Below, piece after piece: positions 1 through 9,806 of a stretch of DNA of 64,000 bases. The stretch is from Candidatus Micrarchaeota archaeon (lineage in GTDB: Archaea > Micrarchaeota > Micrarchaeia > Micrarchaeales > Micrarchaeaceae), in NCBI GenBank assembly GCA_021785805.1, contig JAJYEJ010000001.1:1940-65939 (forward strand). Direction: 5' to 3'. The notes beneath the pieces are model-generated. The model searched no databases, was not told the origin of the DNA, and saw only the letters and a list, made by a program, of their open reading frames with translations. The translations under genes and the position numbers were made by a program. Positions within the stretch are counted from its first letter, which is position 1; each line of letters opens with the position of its first letter.

Positions 1-169
1 ACCTCTGCGCGTAATCGCTTATCCTCTTCGCATCCTGGCTCTCTCCTGGTTTCATCACGGTCAGGACGCTCTCCGGGAGGGTCTCGACCTGCAATACTCC
101 GACGTCGTGAAGCGCGGATATCGCCTCCTCCGCGTATCTCTTGTTGACTATTATCCTTATCCTTGACAT
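1..169 (-). CDS. atpI: A1Ao ATP synthase subunit I, N-terminal end only (gene continues beyond window start)
   Basis: Own translation: minus-strand ATG at 167-169 opens MSRIRIIVNKRYAEEAISALHDVGVLQVETLPE..., open to position 1. It resembles the cytoplasmic N-terminus of archaeal subunit I and sits at the end of the ATPase gene string. Too short for the ORF track. Confidence 0.5.
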   Translation of the reverse strand, partial: MSRIRIIVNKRYAEEAISALHDVGVLQVETLPESVLTVMKPGESQDAKRISDYAQR

Positions 170-191
170 CTTTGCGGCTTGCAGTATCAAT

Positions 192-677
192 CTAAACACC
201 AAACTTTTCCGACAGCGCTTTCTTCAGCATCTTGACGGCTGTCGCCTTGTCTACGCTCTTTAGCGCGGATGCCTTATCCCTTGCGCTCTCTATTATCTCT
301 TCCCTCTTCTCCGCTGCCTGTTTCTCGGCCTTGCCGACTATGTCGTAGTAGTCCTTGTCGGACTCCTCCCTGGACTTCTCTTCGGTTATGCTTGCATCCG
401 CCTTCGCCTTAGCCACCTTTGCCGTAGCTTCTATCTGCGCGTTAGCTATCCTTTTCGCCGATTCAGCTTCAGCCTCCTTTATCGCGATAAGCGTCTGGAG
501 GTCGCCATCGCCATGGTGGTTGGTAGCCTGCTTGTGTTCAGCGTGTTCGCGTCCCGTGTGCTCTGCCTTATGCTGCACATGCTGCGGCTCGCCGGCTTCC
601 TTCGCTGCAGGCTGCTCGGCCGCCTTCCCTTCTTTCTGGGTCTTTCCCTTGCCATCCTTTCCATCTTTCGAGGACAT
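192..677 (-). CDS. atpH: ATP synthase subunit H-like peripheral stalk protein with a His/Lys-rich N-terminal extension
   Basis: The C-terminal ~100 aa is an Ala/Glu/Lys-rich coiled coil (LIAIKEAEAESAKRIANAQIEA...) typical of archaeal subunit H. It lies between atpD and atpI. The N-terminus is low complexity and His-rich (EPQHVQHKAEHTGREHAEHKQATNHH). Confidence 0.45.
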   Translation of the reverse strand: MSSKDGKDGKGKTQKEGKAAEQPAAKEAGEPQHVQHKAEHTGREHAEHKQATNHHGDGDLQTLIAIKEAEAESAKRIANAQIEATAKVAKAKADASITEEKSREESDKDYYDIVGKAEKQAAEKREEIIESARDKASALKSVDKATAVKMLKKALSEKFGV

Positions 678-686
678 ACCATCAAC

Positions 687-872
687 TCATAACTTGTCGT
701 ATAAATGCAACATTATCACGAATGCGGCTACCATTATGGCTATCCGAGCCATGAATAGCGTGATCTGAAGCCTTTTCAGCTTCATCATGCCGATAGCCCC
801 TTCCGGCGTTACCCGTATGGGCTTAGGCACCTTTGGCACCCCGTTATACACCTTTGCTGTTGGCATTTTCAT
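687..872 (-). CDS. small hydrophobic ORF inside the ATPase operon (possible single-pass membrane peptide)
   Basis: 61-aa ORF ending 10 nt before the atpH start and overlapping the atpD 3' end. It has one clear hydrophobic helix (ITLFMARIAIMVAAFVIMLHL). An internal start at 788 is possible. No recognisable family. Confidence 0.25.
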   Translation of the reverse strand: MKMPTAKVYNGVPKVPKPIRVTPEGAIGMMKLKRLQITLFMARIAIMVAAFVIMLHLYDKL

Positions 873-1494
873 TCATCTTTCTCTTTATGAACTTGAGAGA
901 TACGGTCTGGTCCCTTTCCATGTCCTCCAGCCTCTGCTTTATGTACTGGACCTTGACGTACATGCCCGGTATGACAACGTTCTCTATGGCGTTGGCCCTC
1001 CTGTTCAGCTTCTCTATCTCGTATAGCAGCTTTCTCAGGGAGCTCTCCTTCTCCGCAACCTCTATCAGCATCTTGAACAGCGTACCGTAGCTCCTCCTGG
1101 AGTCGTCCACGGCTGTTGGTATCGATATCAGCTCATATGCTAGGCTCGACGGAAGCGTTCTTTCCGCTATGTTGACGTTCGGAATCCTGACGCCCATTAC
1201 GTTCTTGGCCTCTACGCTGGCCAACACCGGTATCTGCTCGGCAGCTATCCTCTCGAGGGAGATTCGGCCTGCCCGCGCTTCTGCGAGCTTCTCGCTGTCC
1301 ATCGCCCTTAATACGGTGTTCTTCAATCCGGCCCTCATCATCTGTATCTGCCTTGCGAGGTCGAAGAACTCCAGGACCAGGCTTGCACGCTTCATCTTCA
1401 ATAGGTCGAGCCCTTTCTTCGCTACCTTTATCCTGCTTTTGGTCCGTATGAGCTCTATCCTTGTTGTCTTAATGTTGGATTGTGCCATTCGCAT
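844..1494 (-). CDS. atpD: A-type ATP synthase subunit D
   Basis: 216 aa. The N-terminus [29 protein letters not shown] is characteristic of V/A-ATPase subunit D. It follows atpB with a short overlap. Confidence 0.85.
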   Translation of the reverse strand: MRMAQSNIKTTRIELIRTKSRIKVAKKGLDLLKMKRASLVLEFFDLARQIQMMRAGLKNTVLRAMDSEKLAEARAGRISLERIAAEQIPVLASVEAKNVMGVRIPNVNIAERTLPSSLAYELISIPTAVDDSRRSYGTLFKMLIEVAEKESSLRKLLYEIEKLNRRANAIENVVIPGMYVKVQYIKQRLEDMERDQTVSLKFIKRKMNENANSKGV

Positions 1495-2872
1495 CCCATT
1501 TTCCGTACTTGGCTATGTGTTCGTCCTTCACCCTCTTCGCCTCGGTCTTGTCGAGCATGCTGAAGAGTTCCCAGCCTATGTCGAGCGTTTCGGCTATGTC
1601 CCTGTCCTCGTAATAGTCCTGGTTGACGAACTTCGCTTCGAAAGAGTCGGCGAAATGGAGCTGGCGCTTGTCTGAAGCGCTGAGCGCCTCTTCACCCACT
1701 ATCTCTATGAGGCTCCTGAGCTCCTTGCCGGTCGCGTATGACGAGAAGAGCTGGTTGGACACGCCCTTGTGATCCTCCCTTGTCCTTCCTGGACCTATAC
1801 CCTTGTCCATGAGCCTGGAAAGCGAAAGCAGCACGTCCACATTCGGGTATATGCCCCGCCTGTGGAGCTCCCTGCTCAGCACAACCTGCCCTTCGGTTAT
1901 GTAACCAGTAAGGTCAGGTATCGGGTGGGTTATATCGTCTCCGGGCATGGTGAGTATTGGTATCTGCGTTATCGATCCCTTCCTGTTGTGGATCTTTCCT
2001 GCCCTCTCGTATATGGTTGAAAGGTCGGTGTACATGTATCCGGGGTAGCCTCTCCTTCCTGGTACCTCCTCCCTTGCTGCGGATATCTCCCTGAGTGCCT
2101 CGCAGTAGTTGGTCATGTCGGTCATTATCACAAGGACGTGCATGTTCTCCTCGTATGCGAGGTGCTCTGCTGTCGTGAGCGCAAGCCTTGGCAGTATTAT
2201 CCTTTCCATCGATGGCTCTGATGACAGGTTCAGGAACAGCACCGATCTGTCAAGGGCACCGGTCTCCTCGAACTCCTTCCTGAAGAAGTTAACCTCTTCG
2301 CTGTTGATTCCTATTCCTGCGAATACCACAGAGAACCCTTCTGACGAAGTCAGTATCTTGGCTTGACGCGCTATCTGTGCCGCTACCCTGTTGTGCGGCA
2401 GCCCTGAGCCTGAGAATATAGGCAGCTTCTGCCCCCTTACCAGCGTGTTCATGCCGTCTATCGTTGATATCCCGGTCTGGATGAACTCCGATGGCTCTTC
2501 CCTCGAGTATGGGTTTATCGCGCTTCCGGTTATGTCTATGCGGTCACCGCTGTGTATCGGTGTTCCGCCGTCTCTGGGCCTTCCCATCCCGTCGAATACT
2601 CTTCCAAGCATGTCTGTGCTCACCGCGAGCCTCGCGGTCTCTCCGGTGAATCTCACCTTCGTGTTCTCCAGGTCGACACCTCTGGTCTCCCCGAATGACT
2701 GGACGATCGCCATCCCGTCTCTGCTGTCGAGCACCTGACCTATTATCTGCCTACCATCATCAAGGTTGACGCTGGCCATCTCCCCGTATGCAGCGTCCTT
2801 TACCCCCTGGACGAAGAGCAAAACGCTTGTCGTTTGGTTCACTGTCTTGTAATATACATCGCTCATGCTCAT
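1469..2872 (-). CDS. atpB: A-type ATP synthase subunit B
   Basis: Strong A/V-ATPase B-subunit signature ([25 protein letters not shown]). I prefer the start at ATG 2872, which has GGTGA 5 nt upstream. The ORF-track start at 2902 would overlap atpA. Confidence 0.95.
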   Translation of the reverse strand: MSMSDVYYKTVNQTTSVLLFVQGVKDAAYGEMASVNLDDGRQIIGQVLDSRDGMAIVQSFGETRGVDLENTKVRFTGETARLAVSTDMLGRVFDGMGRPRDGGTPIHSGDRIDITGSAINPYSREEPSEFIQTGISTIDGMNTLVRGQKLPIFSGSGLPHNRVAAQIARQAKILTSSEGFSVVFAGIGINSEEVNFFRKEFEETGALDRSVLFLNLSSEPSMERIILPRLALTTAEHLAYEENMHVLVIMTDMTNYCEALREISAAREEVPGRRGYPGYMYTDLSTIYERAGKIHNRKGSITQIPILTMPGDDITHPIPDLTGYITEGQVVLSRELHRRGIYPNVDVLLSLSRLMDKGIGPGRTREDHKGVSNQLFSSYATGKELRSLIEIVGEEALSASDKRQLHFADSFEAKFVNQDYYEDRDIAETLDIGWELFSMLDKTEAKRVKDEHIAKYGKWDANGTIQH

Positions 2873-2882
2873 GTTTTCACCA

Positions 2883-4637
2883 TCACTTCGCTTGCACCAC
2901 AATCATGTCAAGATCGTTAATCGCCTTCGATGTGTCCTTGAAGTAGGAATCCATCTGGTCCTCCTTGACATACTTCATCCTGGCTATCTTCTGCTTGGCA
3001 TCAGTCTTAAGGAGCTGCTCCACGAGGACCCCTCTCCCTACCGCAGCCTTTTCCTTTTCGTAGAGGTTCATTATCGACTTCATCATCAGGTATTGCTTCC
3101 TCATCGATGTGAACGTGTCGACCTCATCGTAAGCGTTCTGCTGCAGGTAGTCCTCCCGTATGACCTTCGCTATGTCGAGCGTCATCTTCTCCTCTTCCGG
3201 AAGCGCGTCGTACCCTACAAGCTGCACGATCTCGTTAATCTCCGCCTCTTTCTGCAGTACGCTCATGGACTTCTGGTACATCTCTGTCCACTCCTTGTTG
3301 ACCTTCTGGATGTACCAGTTCTTCAGCTCATCTATGTATAGTGAATAGCTGTTCAGCCAGTTAATCGATGGGAAGTGCCTCCTGTTCGCAAGCGATGCGT
3401 CGAGTGCCCAGAACACCCTTGTTACCCTGAGCGTGTTCTGCGACACCGGCTCCGAAGTGTCTCCGCCCGGGGGCGACACCGCACCTATCGCAGTTATGGA
3501 TCCGGTCTCGTCGTTGAGCACGGTGACCCTTCCTGCACGTTCATAGAACTCGGCGACCTTCCTTCCCAGGTAAGCCGGATATCCCTCCTCGCCAGGCATC
3601 TCCTCGAGCCTTCCTGATATCTCCCTCAGGGCTTCTGCCCATCTTGAGGTGCTGTCCGCCATGAGCGCGACGTTGTATCCCATGTCCCTGTAGTATTCCG
3701 CCAGTGTAATGCCGGTGTAGATGCTTGCTTCTCTTGCAGCCACTGGCATGTTCGATGTGTTGGCTATCAGTATGGTCCTATCCATAAGCGGCTTTCCAGT
3801 CTTGGGGTCCTTTAGCTGCGGGAACTCCGTAAGAATGTCTGTCATCTCGTTCCCCCGTTCCCCGCAACCGACATACACCACAATCTCCGTATCGCTCCAC
3901 TTTGCCAGCTGGTGCTGTATTACGGTTTTGCCTGACCCGAATGGTCCTGGCACTGCGGCCGTTCCCCCCTTTGCTACCGGGAACAGCGTGTCCACTACCC
4001 TCTGCCCGGTTATGAGCGGTATCTCCGGAGGCAGCTTAGCCTTTACCGGTCTTGGTATCCTCACAGGCCACTTCTGTGAAAGCTTGAGCTCTTTCTTCTT
4101 TCCATCATCGCCCTTGACATAACCTATCACATCTTCGATAGTGAACTCCCCTCCGTCGAGCCTGTCCAGCGTTCCGCTGATCCCGAACGGGACCAGGACC
4201 TTGTGCTTTATCAGGCTTGTCTCCTGTATCTCGCCCAGTATGTCCCCTGGCTTGACCTTCGCACCCTTCTTCGCCGTAGGAATGAAGTCCCATTTCTTCT
4301 TCGTATCGACAGGCTCTACGTTGACCCCCCTCGCTATGAAGTCCCCGCTTATCGCCTTGATCTTGTCAAGCGGTCTCTGTATCCCATCGTATATTGAGCC
4401 TATGAGGCCAGGCCCCAGGACTACCGAGAGTTGGGAGCCGGTGTTCTCCACCGGCTCGCCCGGCCTTATGCCTGTCGTATCCTCGTAGACCTGTATTATC
4501 GCTTTGCCGGAATCAAGCCTTATTATCTCACCTACAAGGCCCTCATTGCCCACCTTGACCACGTCGTACATCTGTGCGTTCTCAAGGTCAACCGCAACTA
4601 CCACTGGACCTGATACTCTTTGTATTCTTCCGCTCAT
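2883..4637 (-). CDS. atpA: A-type ATP synthase catalytic subunit A
   Basis: 584 aa with Walker A GPFGSGKT and the typical GERGNEM and [10 protein letters not shown] motifs. The length indicates no intein. Confidence 0.95.
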   Translation of the reverse strand: MSGRIQRVSGPVVVAVDLENAQMYDVVKVGNEGLVGEIIRLDSGKAIIQVYEDTTGIRPGEPVENTGSQLSVVLGPGLIGSIYDGIQRPLDKIKAISGDFIARGVNVEPVDTKKKWDFIPTAKKGAKVKPGDILGEIQETSLIKHKVLVPFGISGTLDRLDGGEFTIEDVIGYVKGDDGKKKELKLSQKWPVRIPRPVKAKLPPEIPLITGQRVVDTLFPVAKGGTAAVPGPFGSGKTVIQHQLAKWSDTEIVVYVGCGERGNEMTDILTEFPQLKDPKTGKPLMDRTILIANTSNMPVAAREASIYTGITLAEYYRDMGYNVALMADSTSRWAEALREISGRLEEMPGEEGYPAYLGRKVAEFYERAGRVTVLNDETGSITAIGAVSPPGGDTSEPVSQNTLRVTRVFWALDASLANRRHFPSINWLNSYSLYIDELKNWYIQKVNKEWTEMYQKSMSVLQKEAEINEIVQLVGYDALPEEEKMTLDIAKVIREDYLQQNAYDEVDTFTSMRKQYLMMKSIMNLYEKEKAAVGRGVLVEQLLKTDAKQKIARMKYVKEDQMDSYFKDTSKAINDLDMIVVQAK

Positions 4638-4975
4638 TTAGCTGCACCCTTTGTTCCTAGTTTGCTTATATCAACTCCGAGGACCCTCTTCGCAAGCGCC
4701 TCAACGGATTCGCGGTCTGCCTCCTCCCCAGGAAGTGGTATGAACACCACCAATGGGCTGATGGAGGTTTCCGCTACCCTCAGCGTATTTGTGTCCATGT
4801 GGGACTTAAGCCCCTCGGATACGATTATGAGATTGTATGATTTGACACCTATGAGCTGCGTGAACATGTTGACTGCCTCCCTGCCCTCAGTGAGGAAGAC
4901 GTCCTTTATGCCGATTAGCTTGAAGCCCAGCACAAGTGACCTCTCACCTATGACGGCGATCTTTTCGAATTTCAT
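4634..4975 (-). CDS. atpF: A-type ATP synthase subunit F
   Basis: 113 aa beginning [19 protein letters not shown], typical of subunit F. Its stop overlaps the atpA start by 4 nt. Confidence 0.8.
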   Translation of the reverse strand: MKFEKIAVIGERSLVLGFKLIGIKDVFLTEGREAVNMFTQLIGVKSYNLIIVSEGLKSHMDTNTLRVAETSISPLVVFIPLPGEEADRESVEALAKRVLGVDISKLGTKGAAK

Positions 4976-4995
4976 CTTTCCACTCTTCCTTCCCT

Positions 4996-6054
4996 CTATT
5001 TCTCTATGTACTTCAGTATCCTGAGCCTGTCGGTCCGCTCATCGCTTATCTTGTAGTACTTGCCAAGCCATATCGTCCTGAGCTCATCCCTTTCCATCTC
5101 GGACCTCAGCACGAAAGAGAATATGAACTCCAGCGACATGACTATGCTTTCGAAGAGCTTCAGGTATTTCCTGTAGACCTCCCTCCTGAGCGCAGTGTCG
5201 AAGTACGACGCGAACTGGTCCTCCTTGTAGGCCTCGAACGCGTCGTCAATCCTGTACGGTATGTAGTTCTTCAGCGCATATATCTCCTTCGACGCCATTT
5301 CATTGAGCTTCTGCTCTGACAGCGTTCCCCCTTTGATAAGGTACGGGGAGACGTTAGTTACCTTCTCCCCTATAGCCTTAATCACGGTCATTATGTTCTT
5401 GATATCGATCGTCTCCTTTATGTATGAGAGAAGCAGGGCTTCGCTCCCGTTGGAGAACTTGAAGGTGTTTATCATATTATTATAATAGTACACGTCGAGC
5501 GCGGTTATCATGCCGGATATGTCATTGGTCTTCTTGTAGTCCTCGATGTGCTTGAGCATTATTGTGCCATAGCCATATTTGACAAGCAGGGAAACCACTC
5601 CGTCGACATCCTTCTGCGATATCATGTTTATGTACTCGCTCCTGCTCAGAACTCCGCTGAATGTCCCGACAGGTATGTTGCGCTCCACCATCAGGAAAGC
5701 TTCCGTGTGCTCGATGTCGTAGCCAAGCACTTTCGATGACAGTATCGTCTTTATGTTCTCTATGTCCCACTTGCTCAGGTAGGATGAGATGAACTGCTTC
5801 GCGGAGTTCGGAAGTGCGAACATCGCGCTCCTTATCATGCGCATCATGTGGGCGTTTATCACGACCTCCATCAGGTCGGGGATTCTGTAAAGGCTTGAGA
5901 ACGCGTCGATCTCCTTCCTGTAGCTCGTTGAGCTCAGCGACTTTAGGAACTCGTCGTCGCTCTTCTGCTGCAGCTCATCCATGAACGATGTGCTCAGGAA
6001 CTCGGGACGTAGCACTTTTAGTCTTCCATAAGTGCCAGTGTAGCCCGCATCCAT
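4996..6054 (-). CDS. atpC: A-type ATP synthase subunit C
   Basis: 352-aa helical protein at the conserved position between atpE and atpF. Size and repeat-like helical composition fit subunit C (the V-ATPase d homologue). Confidence 0.75.
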   Translation of the reverse strand: MDAGYTGTYGRLKVLRPEFLSTSFMDELQQKSDDEFLKSLSSTSYRKEIDAFSSLYRIPDLMEVVINAHMMRMIRSAMFALPNSAKQFISSYLSKWDIENIKTILSSKVLGYDIEHTEAFLMVERNIPVGTFSGVLSRSEYINMISQKDVDGVVSLLVKYGYGTIMLKHIEDYKKTNDISGMITALDVYYYNNMINTFKFSNGSEALLLSYIKETIDIKNIMTVIKAIGEKVTNVSPYLIKGGTLSEQKLNEMASKEIYALKNYIPYRIDDAFEAYKEDQFASYFDTALRREVYRKYLKLFESIVMSLEFIFSFVLRSEMERDELRTIWLGKYYKISDERTDRLRILKYIEK

Positions 6055-6056
6055 CT

Positions 6057-6638
6057 TTATCCCTTTTGAATCATCTTTAGTATCTGCACCGCTATGTCTT
6101 CCTTCACCATGGAGAAGAGGTTCTCCAGCGTGTAGTCTATTGAGAGCCTGCCGTCTTTAGAGACCGCCTTAAGCCCCCCGGAGAATTCCTCCTTTGACTC
6201 CTTTGGGTCTATACCCTTGGCTACCTTCAGCTTCGGAAGATCGCGCTTCTGCAGGTACAGCATGCAGTCGCTGCCAAGCTCATCGTAAGCGGCTTTGGCG
6301 AGCTTGTTCAGGAGACCGGGATAGTCTGCCCCTTTGGCATAGTCATTGAGCGACTCACGCACCTCGTCGAGCGTGCTGTTGATGGTGCTCTCGAGAGCCT
6401 CGCCGTATATCCTTCTTGCTTCTATGTTTGCTCTAGAAAGCTCCCTGGCGAGCAGCCTTGAGGAGTCTCCCTGTGCCTTCTGCTCCATGTGCCTGTTGTA
6501 AGCCTCCGCGCGCTTCTGCGCTTCCTCCGTCTCGCGCTTGGCGTTATTCTCGGCTTCCACGGCTATCTGGGACATCTTAGCCTTGGTGTCCCGCTCGATG
6601 TTAGCCAATATCTCTTCAAGTCCCATGCGAATCTGCAC
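6057..6638 (-). CDS. atpE: A-type ATP synthase subunit E
   Basis: 193 aa with a charged coiled-coil N-terminus (ILANIERDTKAKMSQIAVEAENNAKRETEEAQKRAE) and a globular C-terminus. Its position fits subunit E. Confidence 0.8.
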   Translation of the reverse strand: MQIRMGLEEILANIERDTKAKMSQIAVEAENNAKRETEEAQKRAEAYNRHMEQKAQGDSSRLLARELSRANIEARRIYGEALESTINSTLDEVRESLNDYAKGADYPGLLNKLAKAAYDELGSDCMLYLQKRDLPKLKVAKGIDPKESKEEFSGGLKAVSKDGRLSIDYTLENLFSMVKEDIAVQILKMIQKG

Positions 6639-6651
6639 CCGCTTTGGAGGC

Positions 6652-6876
6652 TTACAGTATCTGCAACAGCAGTATGAGCCCGAGAACGAATCCGACTATC
6701 CACAACGTTTCAGGGATGACGAAGAAGAACAGCACCTGCCCGAACTTCTCCGGCTTTTCGCCGATTATTCCCATTCCTGCAGCGCCTATTCCGCTCTGCG
6801 CTATTCCGGTACCTATAAGACCGCCTGCGATCGACAATGCAGCCGCGACCGCAAAGAGAGGATCTGTGCTTGCCAT
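6652..6876 (-). CDS. atpK: A-type ATP synthase proteolipid subunit K (c-subunit, two helices)
   Basis: 74 aa forming a Gly/Ala-rich helical hairpin, with the carboxylate in IPETL. It is the first gene of the operon. Confidence 0.85.
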   Translation of the reverse strand: MASTDPLFAVAAALSIAGGLIGTGIAQSGIGAAGMGIIGEKPEKFGQVLFFFVIPETLWIVGFVLGLILLLQIL

Positions 6877-7100
6877 TATTTCACCATTTTGAACATTATT
6901 CGCTTGACGGACTCCCGAGTCAGCCGTCGATTTTCAGAAGGTATCAGCCTTCATCAGGCCGATGCAGATATATTCTAACACTTACATTTATAAACTTAAT
7001 GCATTTTATCTGGCAATGCATATGGATGAGCCCTGAGAAGTACGTTCATCTGTCAATAGCGCTTAAACGGGTGACGTATTTCCTCTCGATTGGAGGAGGT

Positions 7101-7110
7101 GATTAAATAT
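7101..7110 (+). promoter_or_regulatory. TATA-like box (gattaaatat) about 25 nt upstream of the structured RNA candidate
   Basis: The same attaaatat core recurs at 7272-7280 in front of the next gene. The spacing would place a transcription start near 7132-7136. Confidence 0.3.
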
Positions 7111-7131
7111 CCCTATGCCACATCATATAGA

Positions 7132-7192
7132 GTTGGGCATACGTTCTTTTAGGGTTTCACGCCCTTCCGCAATGCCCAACGAACCGGAAGGG
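7132..7192 (+). ncRNA. candidate structured RNA: two interleaved perfect stems (pseudoknot or mutually exclusive hairpins)
   Basis: gttgggcat (7132-7140) pairs with atgcccaac (7172-7180). cccttccg (7162-7169) pairs with cggaaggg (7185-7192). The order is A-B-A'-B'. It lies in a 425-nt non-coding gap and resembles no RNA family I recognise. Confidence 0.3.
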
Positions 7193-7270
7193 GTGCCACG
7201 CTAGGCTAATCCTGCCCTTTGATGAAGAGTGCCGTCAGCCTGCCGTGTAGATGCCGAATGGTACAGAAGC

Positions 7271-7280
7271 TATTAAATAT
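7271..7280 (+). promoter_or_regulatory. TATA box for the HicB-like gene (leaderless arrangement)
   Basis: tattaaatat is centred about 27 nt upstream of ATG 7303. Confidence 0.4.
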
Positions 7281-7302
7281 GGGAGCCGTGCAATATATTA
7301 CG

Positions 7303-7569
7303 ATGGCGACCTATCGGGTGTTGATAGGAGAAGGGAAAGGAGAATACGAGGGCAACTATGTTGCGGTAGCTGAGCTGCCTACAGGAGGCTGTCTTGTGGC
7401 TGTCGCGCCTACCAGGAAAGAGGCGTACAAGCGCATAAAGATAGGGTTAGACTACTACAGGCACAAGATGGAGTACACCGGCTTCCAAGTGGATGAGGAT
7501 GGAGGAGAATTTGAGGCTCCACAACTCGGAATGGTTCCTATCGGGGAAGAGCCGCAGCTGAACAACTGA
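7303..7569 (+). CDS. HicB-like / UPF0150-fold small protein (possible antitoxin-like)
   Basis: MATYRVLIGEGKGEYEGNYVAVAELPTGGCLVAVAPTRKEAYKRIKIGLDYY follows the YxV...G.Y.A...LPGC...T.eEA pattern of HicB N-domains. I prefer ATG 7303 over the track start at 7219 because of the TATA spacing. No HicA partner is seen. Confidence 0.4.
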   Translation: MATYRVLIGEGKGEYEGNYVAVAELPTGGCLVAVAPTRKEAYKRIKIGLDYYRHKMEYTGFQVDEDGGEFEAPQLGMVPIGEEPQLNN

Positions 7570-7671
7570 TTGCCTACACAGTAGAGAACCGACCTTGCAG
7601 CGGTATTTGTAATTTTGCAAAGCATTTACAAAGTCTTAAAGAGATTGCGGTGAAAGATTCTCTGTGATTCT

Positions 7672-9132
7672 ATGGCAAGTCAGAAGAAACCTAATCTTAA
7701 GGGGGACGCTAGCCAACAGGGTGCAGGCGAGTCCATACCCATGTCGGATCCTAAACCAATGCCAAGCCAGGGCAATAATACCTCGGCTCCGGTGGCTAGG
7801 GCACAGGGTTCAGGCATCATGAAATACGCGTTAATAGGTATAGTCGCCATAGTGATAATAGCAGTAGTGGCTTTGCTGCTGTCAGGGAGCAATGGCGCAC
7901 CCAGCCAGCTCACCGGCGCCCTTTCGCAGAAGACATTGAACGCTACCGCGCTGGGCAAAGTGATAGCGCAGAAGGTCAACTCGACACCCGAATTCACCGT
8001 GAATTACTCCGGCTCTGCCATAATCAACGTCACAACCACCCTCGCCGGATCAGAAAGCATGACCATACCTGTGGTATACAAGTTCCAGAAATACTACAAT
8101 GATTCAAGGACCGATATATCCTTGCAGGGTGTCCCATTCGTCGGGTCCATGGCGATATCATCATTACATATCAATGGCAAGAACTACACATGCGAACAGG
8201 GAGGATTTGGAAGCCTCGGAGGAAGCACAGGAGGCGGCATAACGTGCATGTCCCAGGCACAGCAGCCATCCCCGCTGTTAAATGAGACGGCATTAGACAA
8301 TGGGCTCAACATGACGATAAATAACACCGCACAATCTACCTTCAGCGGACAGGCATGCACGGAAGCGAGAGGGGTTATAAGGTACACTGAACCTCAGCTC
8401 GTATCAGGGTTCTCTCAGACAGGGCAGCAGTCGCCAAGCCTGAATGGCACCTTCTCAGCATGCTTCTCGAACAAGTACTTCGTGCCCCTCACTCTGGATG
8501 TGCAGTTTACCGGAAAGAACTACACCGTGAAGTTCCACCTGAATGAGACGGCGATAAGCGCCACATCGTCAAAGAGCTACGTTACGGTGCTGCCGGCCCC
8601 GGTTGAGAACACGAGCTACATAACAGGAAGCACTAACATCAACGTGAGCGGCAATGGGAGTGGCAACTATGGCGGCAACGGAAGCGGGAATTACGGCGGA
8701 AATGGGAACCTCATTGGCCCAAGCTGTTTGGCTAACGTCGGCTTCTTATGCAGTGGTCCGATAATGATGACCAACGGGACATTCGATGCGATAATAGGCC
8801 AGAATACTGGACAGACCATGCAGTATGTAGAGATGGCTTGCGCCGAATCGACCACTTCACAGCCACATGGGACTCCATACGAGAGCCTGGACCTCAACGG
8901 AACAGCTTGGAGCGTAGGGATATACAACACGGACTTAGTCTCTGGTTCAGATGTATTCCTCAAAAACCTCCAATGCGTCGATTCTTATGGCAATCCGATA
9001 AGGAGCTTAGCTGTTGGCACAGAGGTGACTGGAGCTTTATGGATGCGCGTAGCAGCAAACTACACCGACGCAGAGACAAACAACTGGAACTCGCCGCAGG
9101 AGGTAGGCGTCTTTAACGTGAAGGTAAGCTAA
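7672..9132 (+). CDS. membrane-anchored extracellular protein, heavily N-glycosylation-sequon-rich
   Basis: It has an N-terminal charged region, then one TM helix (YALIGIVAIVIIAVVALLL). I count about 20 N-x-S/T sequons. There is an internal tandem GNGSGNYGG repeat and a Cys-containing C-terminal domain. Confidence 0.7.
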   Translation: MASQKKPNLKGDASQQGAGESIPMSDPKPMPSQGNNTSAPVARAQGSGIMKYALIGIVAIVIIAVVALLLSGSNGAPSQLTGALSQKTLNATALGKVIAQKVNSTPEFTVNYSGSAIINVTTTLAGSESMTIPVVYKFQKYYNDSRTDISLQGVPFVGSMAISSLHINGKNYTCEQGGFGSLGGSTGGGITCMSQAQQPSPLLNETALDNGLNMTINNTAQSTFSGQACTEARGVIRYTEPQLVSGFSQTGQQSPSLNGTFSACFSNKYFVPLTLDVQFTGKNYTVKFHLNETAISATSSKSYVTVLPAPVENTSYITGSTNINVSGNGSGNYGGNGSGNYGGNGNLIGPSCLANVGFLCSGPIMMTNGTFDAIIGQNTGQTMQYVEMACAESTTSQPHGTPYESLDLNGTAWSVGIYNTDLVSGSDVFLKNLQCVDSYGNPIRSLAVGTEVTGALWMRVAANYTDAETNNWNSPQEVGVFNVKVS

Positions 9133-9140
9133 GCCGCCAA

Positions 9141-9176
9141 TCCTCCTTTTCCTTTTCTTCATTTCTTCATTTTTTT
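9141..9176 (+). terminator. T-rich tract after the surface-protein gene
   Basis: tcctccttttccttttcttcatttcttcattttttt lies directly after the stop at 9132. Archaeal terminators are oligo-T runs. A GC palindrome (gcagcgc/gcgctgc) follows. Confidence 0.5.
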
Positions 9177-9230
9177 ACAACACGCAGCGCTGGCGCTGCG
9201 CGGTTTGATATACGATCGCATAAACAGCGA

Positions 9231-9806
9231 TTACGCTATGGTGGACATCTGCTTTCTATTTTTGAGCCCGAAGTGTCGCACTATCTCTTCGGCTACCTCC
9301 TTTGGGCCCTTCTCGGTGTTGTCTACCTTTAAGCTTCCTGTTATCGGAGGTTCTTTCGGCTCATTTCTTGAGCTTAGGTGCTCGATGAGCTGCCCATGCG
9401 TGGTTATCTTCCCGAACCCTTTCCTTGAATCCATGTCCACCCTCCTCAACAGTTCCGCCTGCCTGGCAGTGAGGTAGACAAAACATACCCTTCCCCCATA
9501 ACCTTCGGCCATCTTGACTACGCCATCGACAAGCTGGAGAGCCTCCTTTGTGTATCCCTTGACGAAAGCTGATGTGAATATGAAGTCTACGCCCCCTCTG
9601 ACCAGCGCTTCGATCACGTCCATTCTGACTTTCATCGACAGGGCGCTGTATTGGTCCGTGCCCCTGGCGAAGAACTTCAGCGCAAGGTCGTCGGAGATAT
9701 GGTTGTGGAATACCACATACCCGGTAAGCTTTTCCAGCTCCATTGCCACGGTAAGCTTTCCTGCTGCCGGTGGTCCGTATATGAAGACAAGGTCCATTTT
9801 AGGCAC
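9231..9806 (-). CDS. P-loop NTPase / small-molecule kinase-like protein
   Basis: Walker A GPPAAGKLT at the N-terminus. The ~190 aa size and layout fit the AAA_33 / shikimate-kinase-like fold. Its start overlaps the stop of the upstream HD-PPAT gene by 8 nt. Confidence 0.6.
   Translation of the reverse strand: MPKMDLVFIYGPPAAGKLTVAMELEKLTGYVVFHNHISDDLALKFFARGTDQYSALSMKVRMDVIEALVRGGVDFIFTSAFVKGYTKEALQLVDGVVKMAEGYGGRVCFVYLTARQAELLRRVDMDSRKGFGKITTHGQLIEHLSSRNEPKEPPITGSLKVDNTEKGPKEVAEEIVRHFGLKNRKQMSTIA

Noticed and set aside
2883-4637. A possible intein in atpA, as occurs in some Thermoplasmata.
   Set aside because: The protein is 584 aa with contiguous catalytic motifs, and there is no extra ~170-450 aa insert. 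rtcB, gyrA and gyrB likewise have normal lengths.
7219-7302. The N-terminal extension of the HicB-like ORF, as a possible fused HicA remnant (VQKLLNMGAVQ).
   Set aside because: The similarity to HicA covers only a few residues. The TATA box at 7271-7280 lies inside this extension, which argues that translation starts at 7303.
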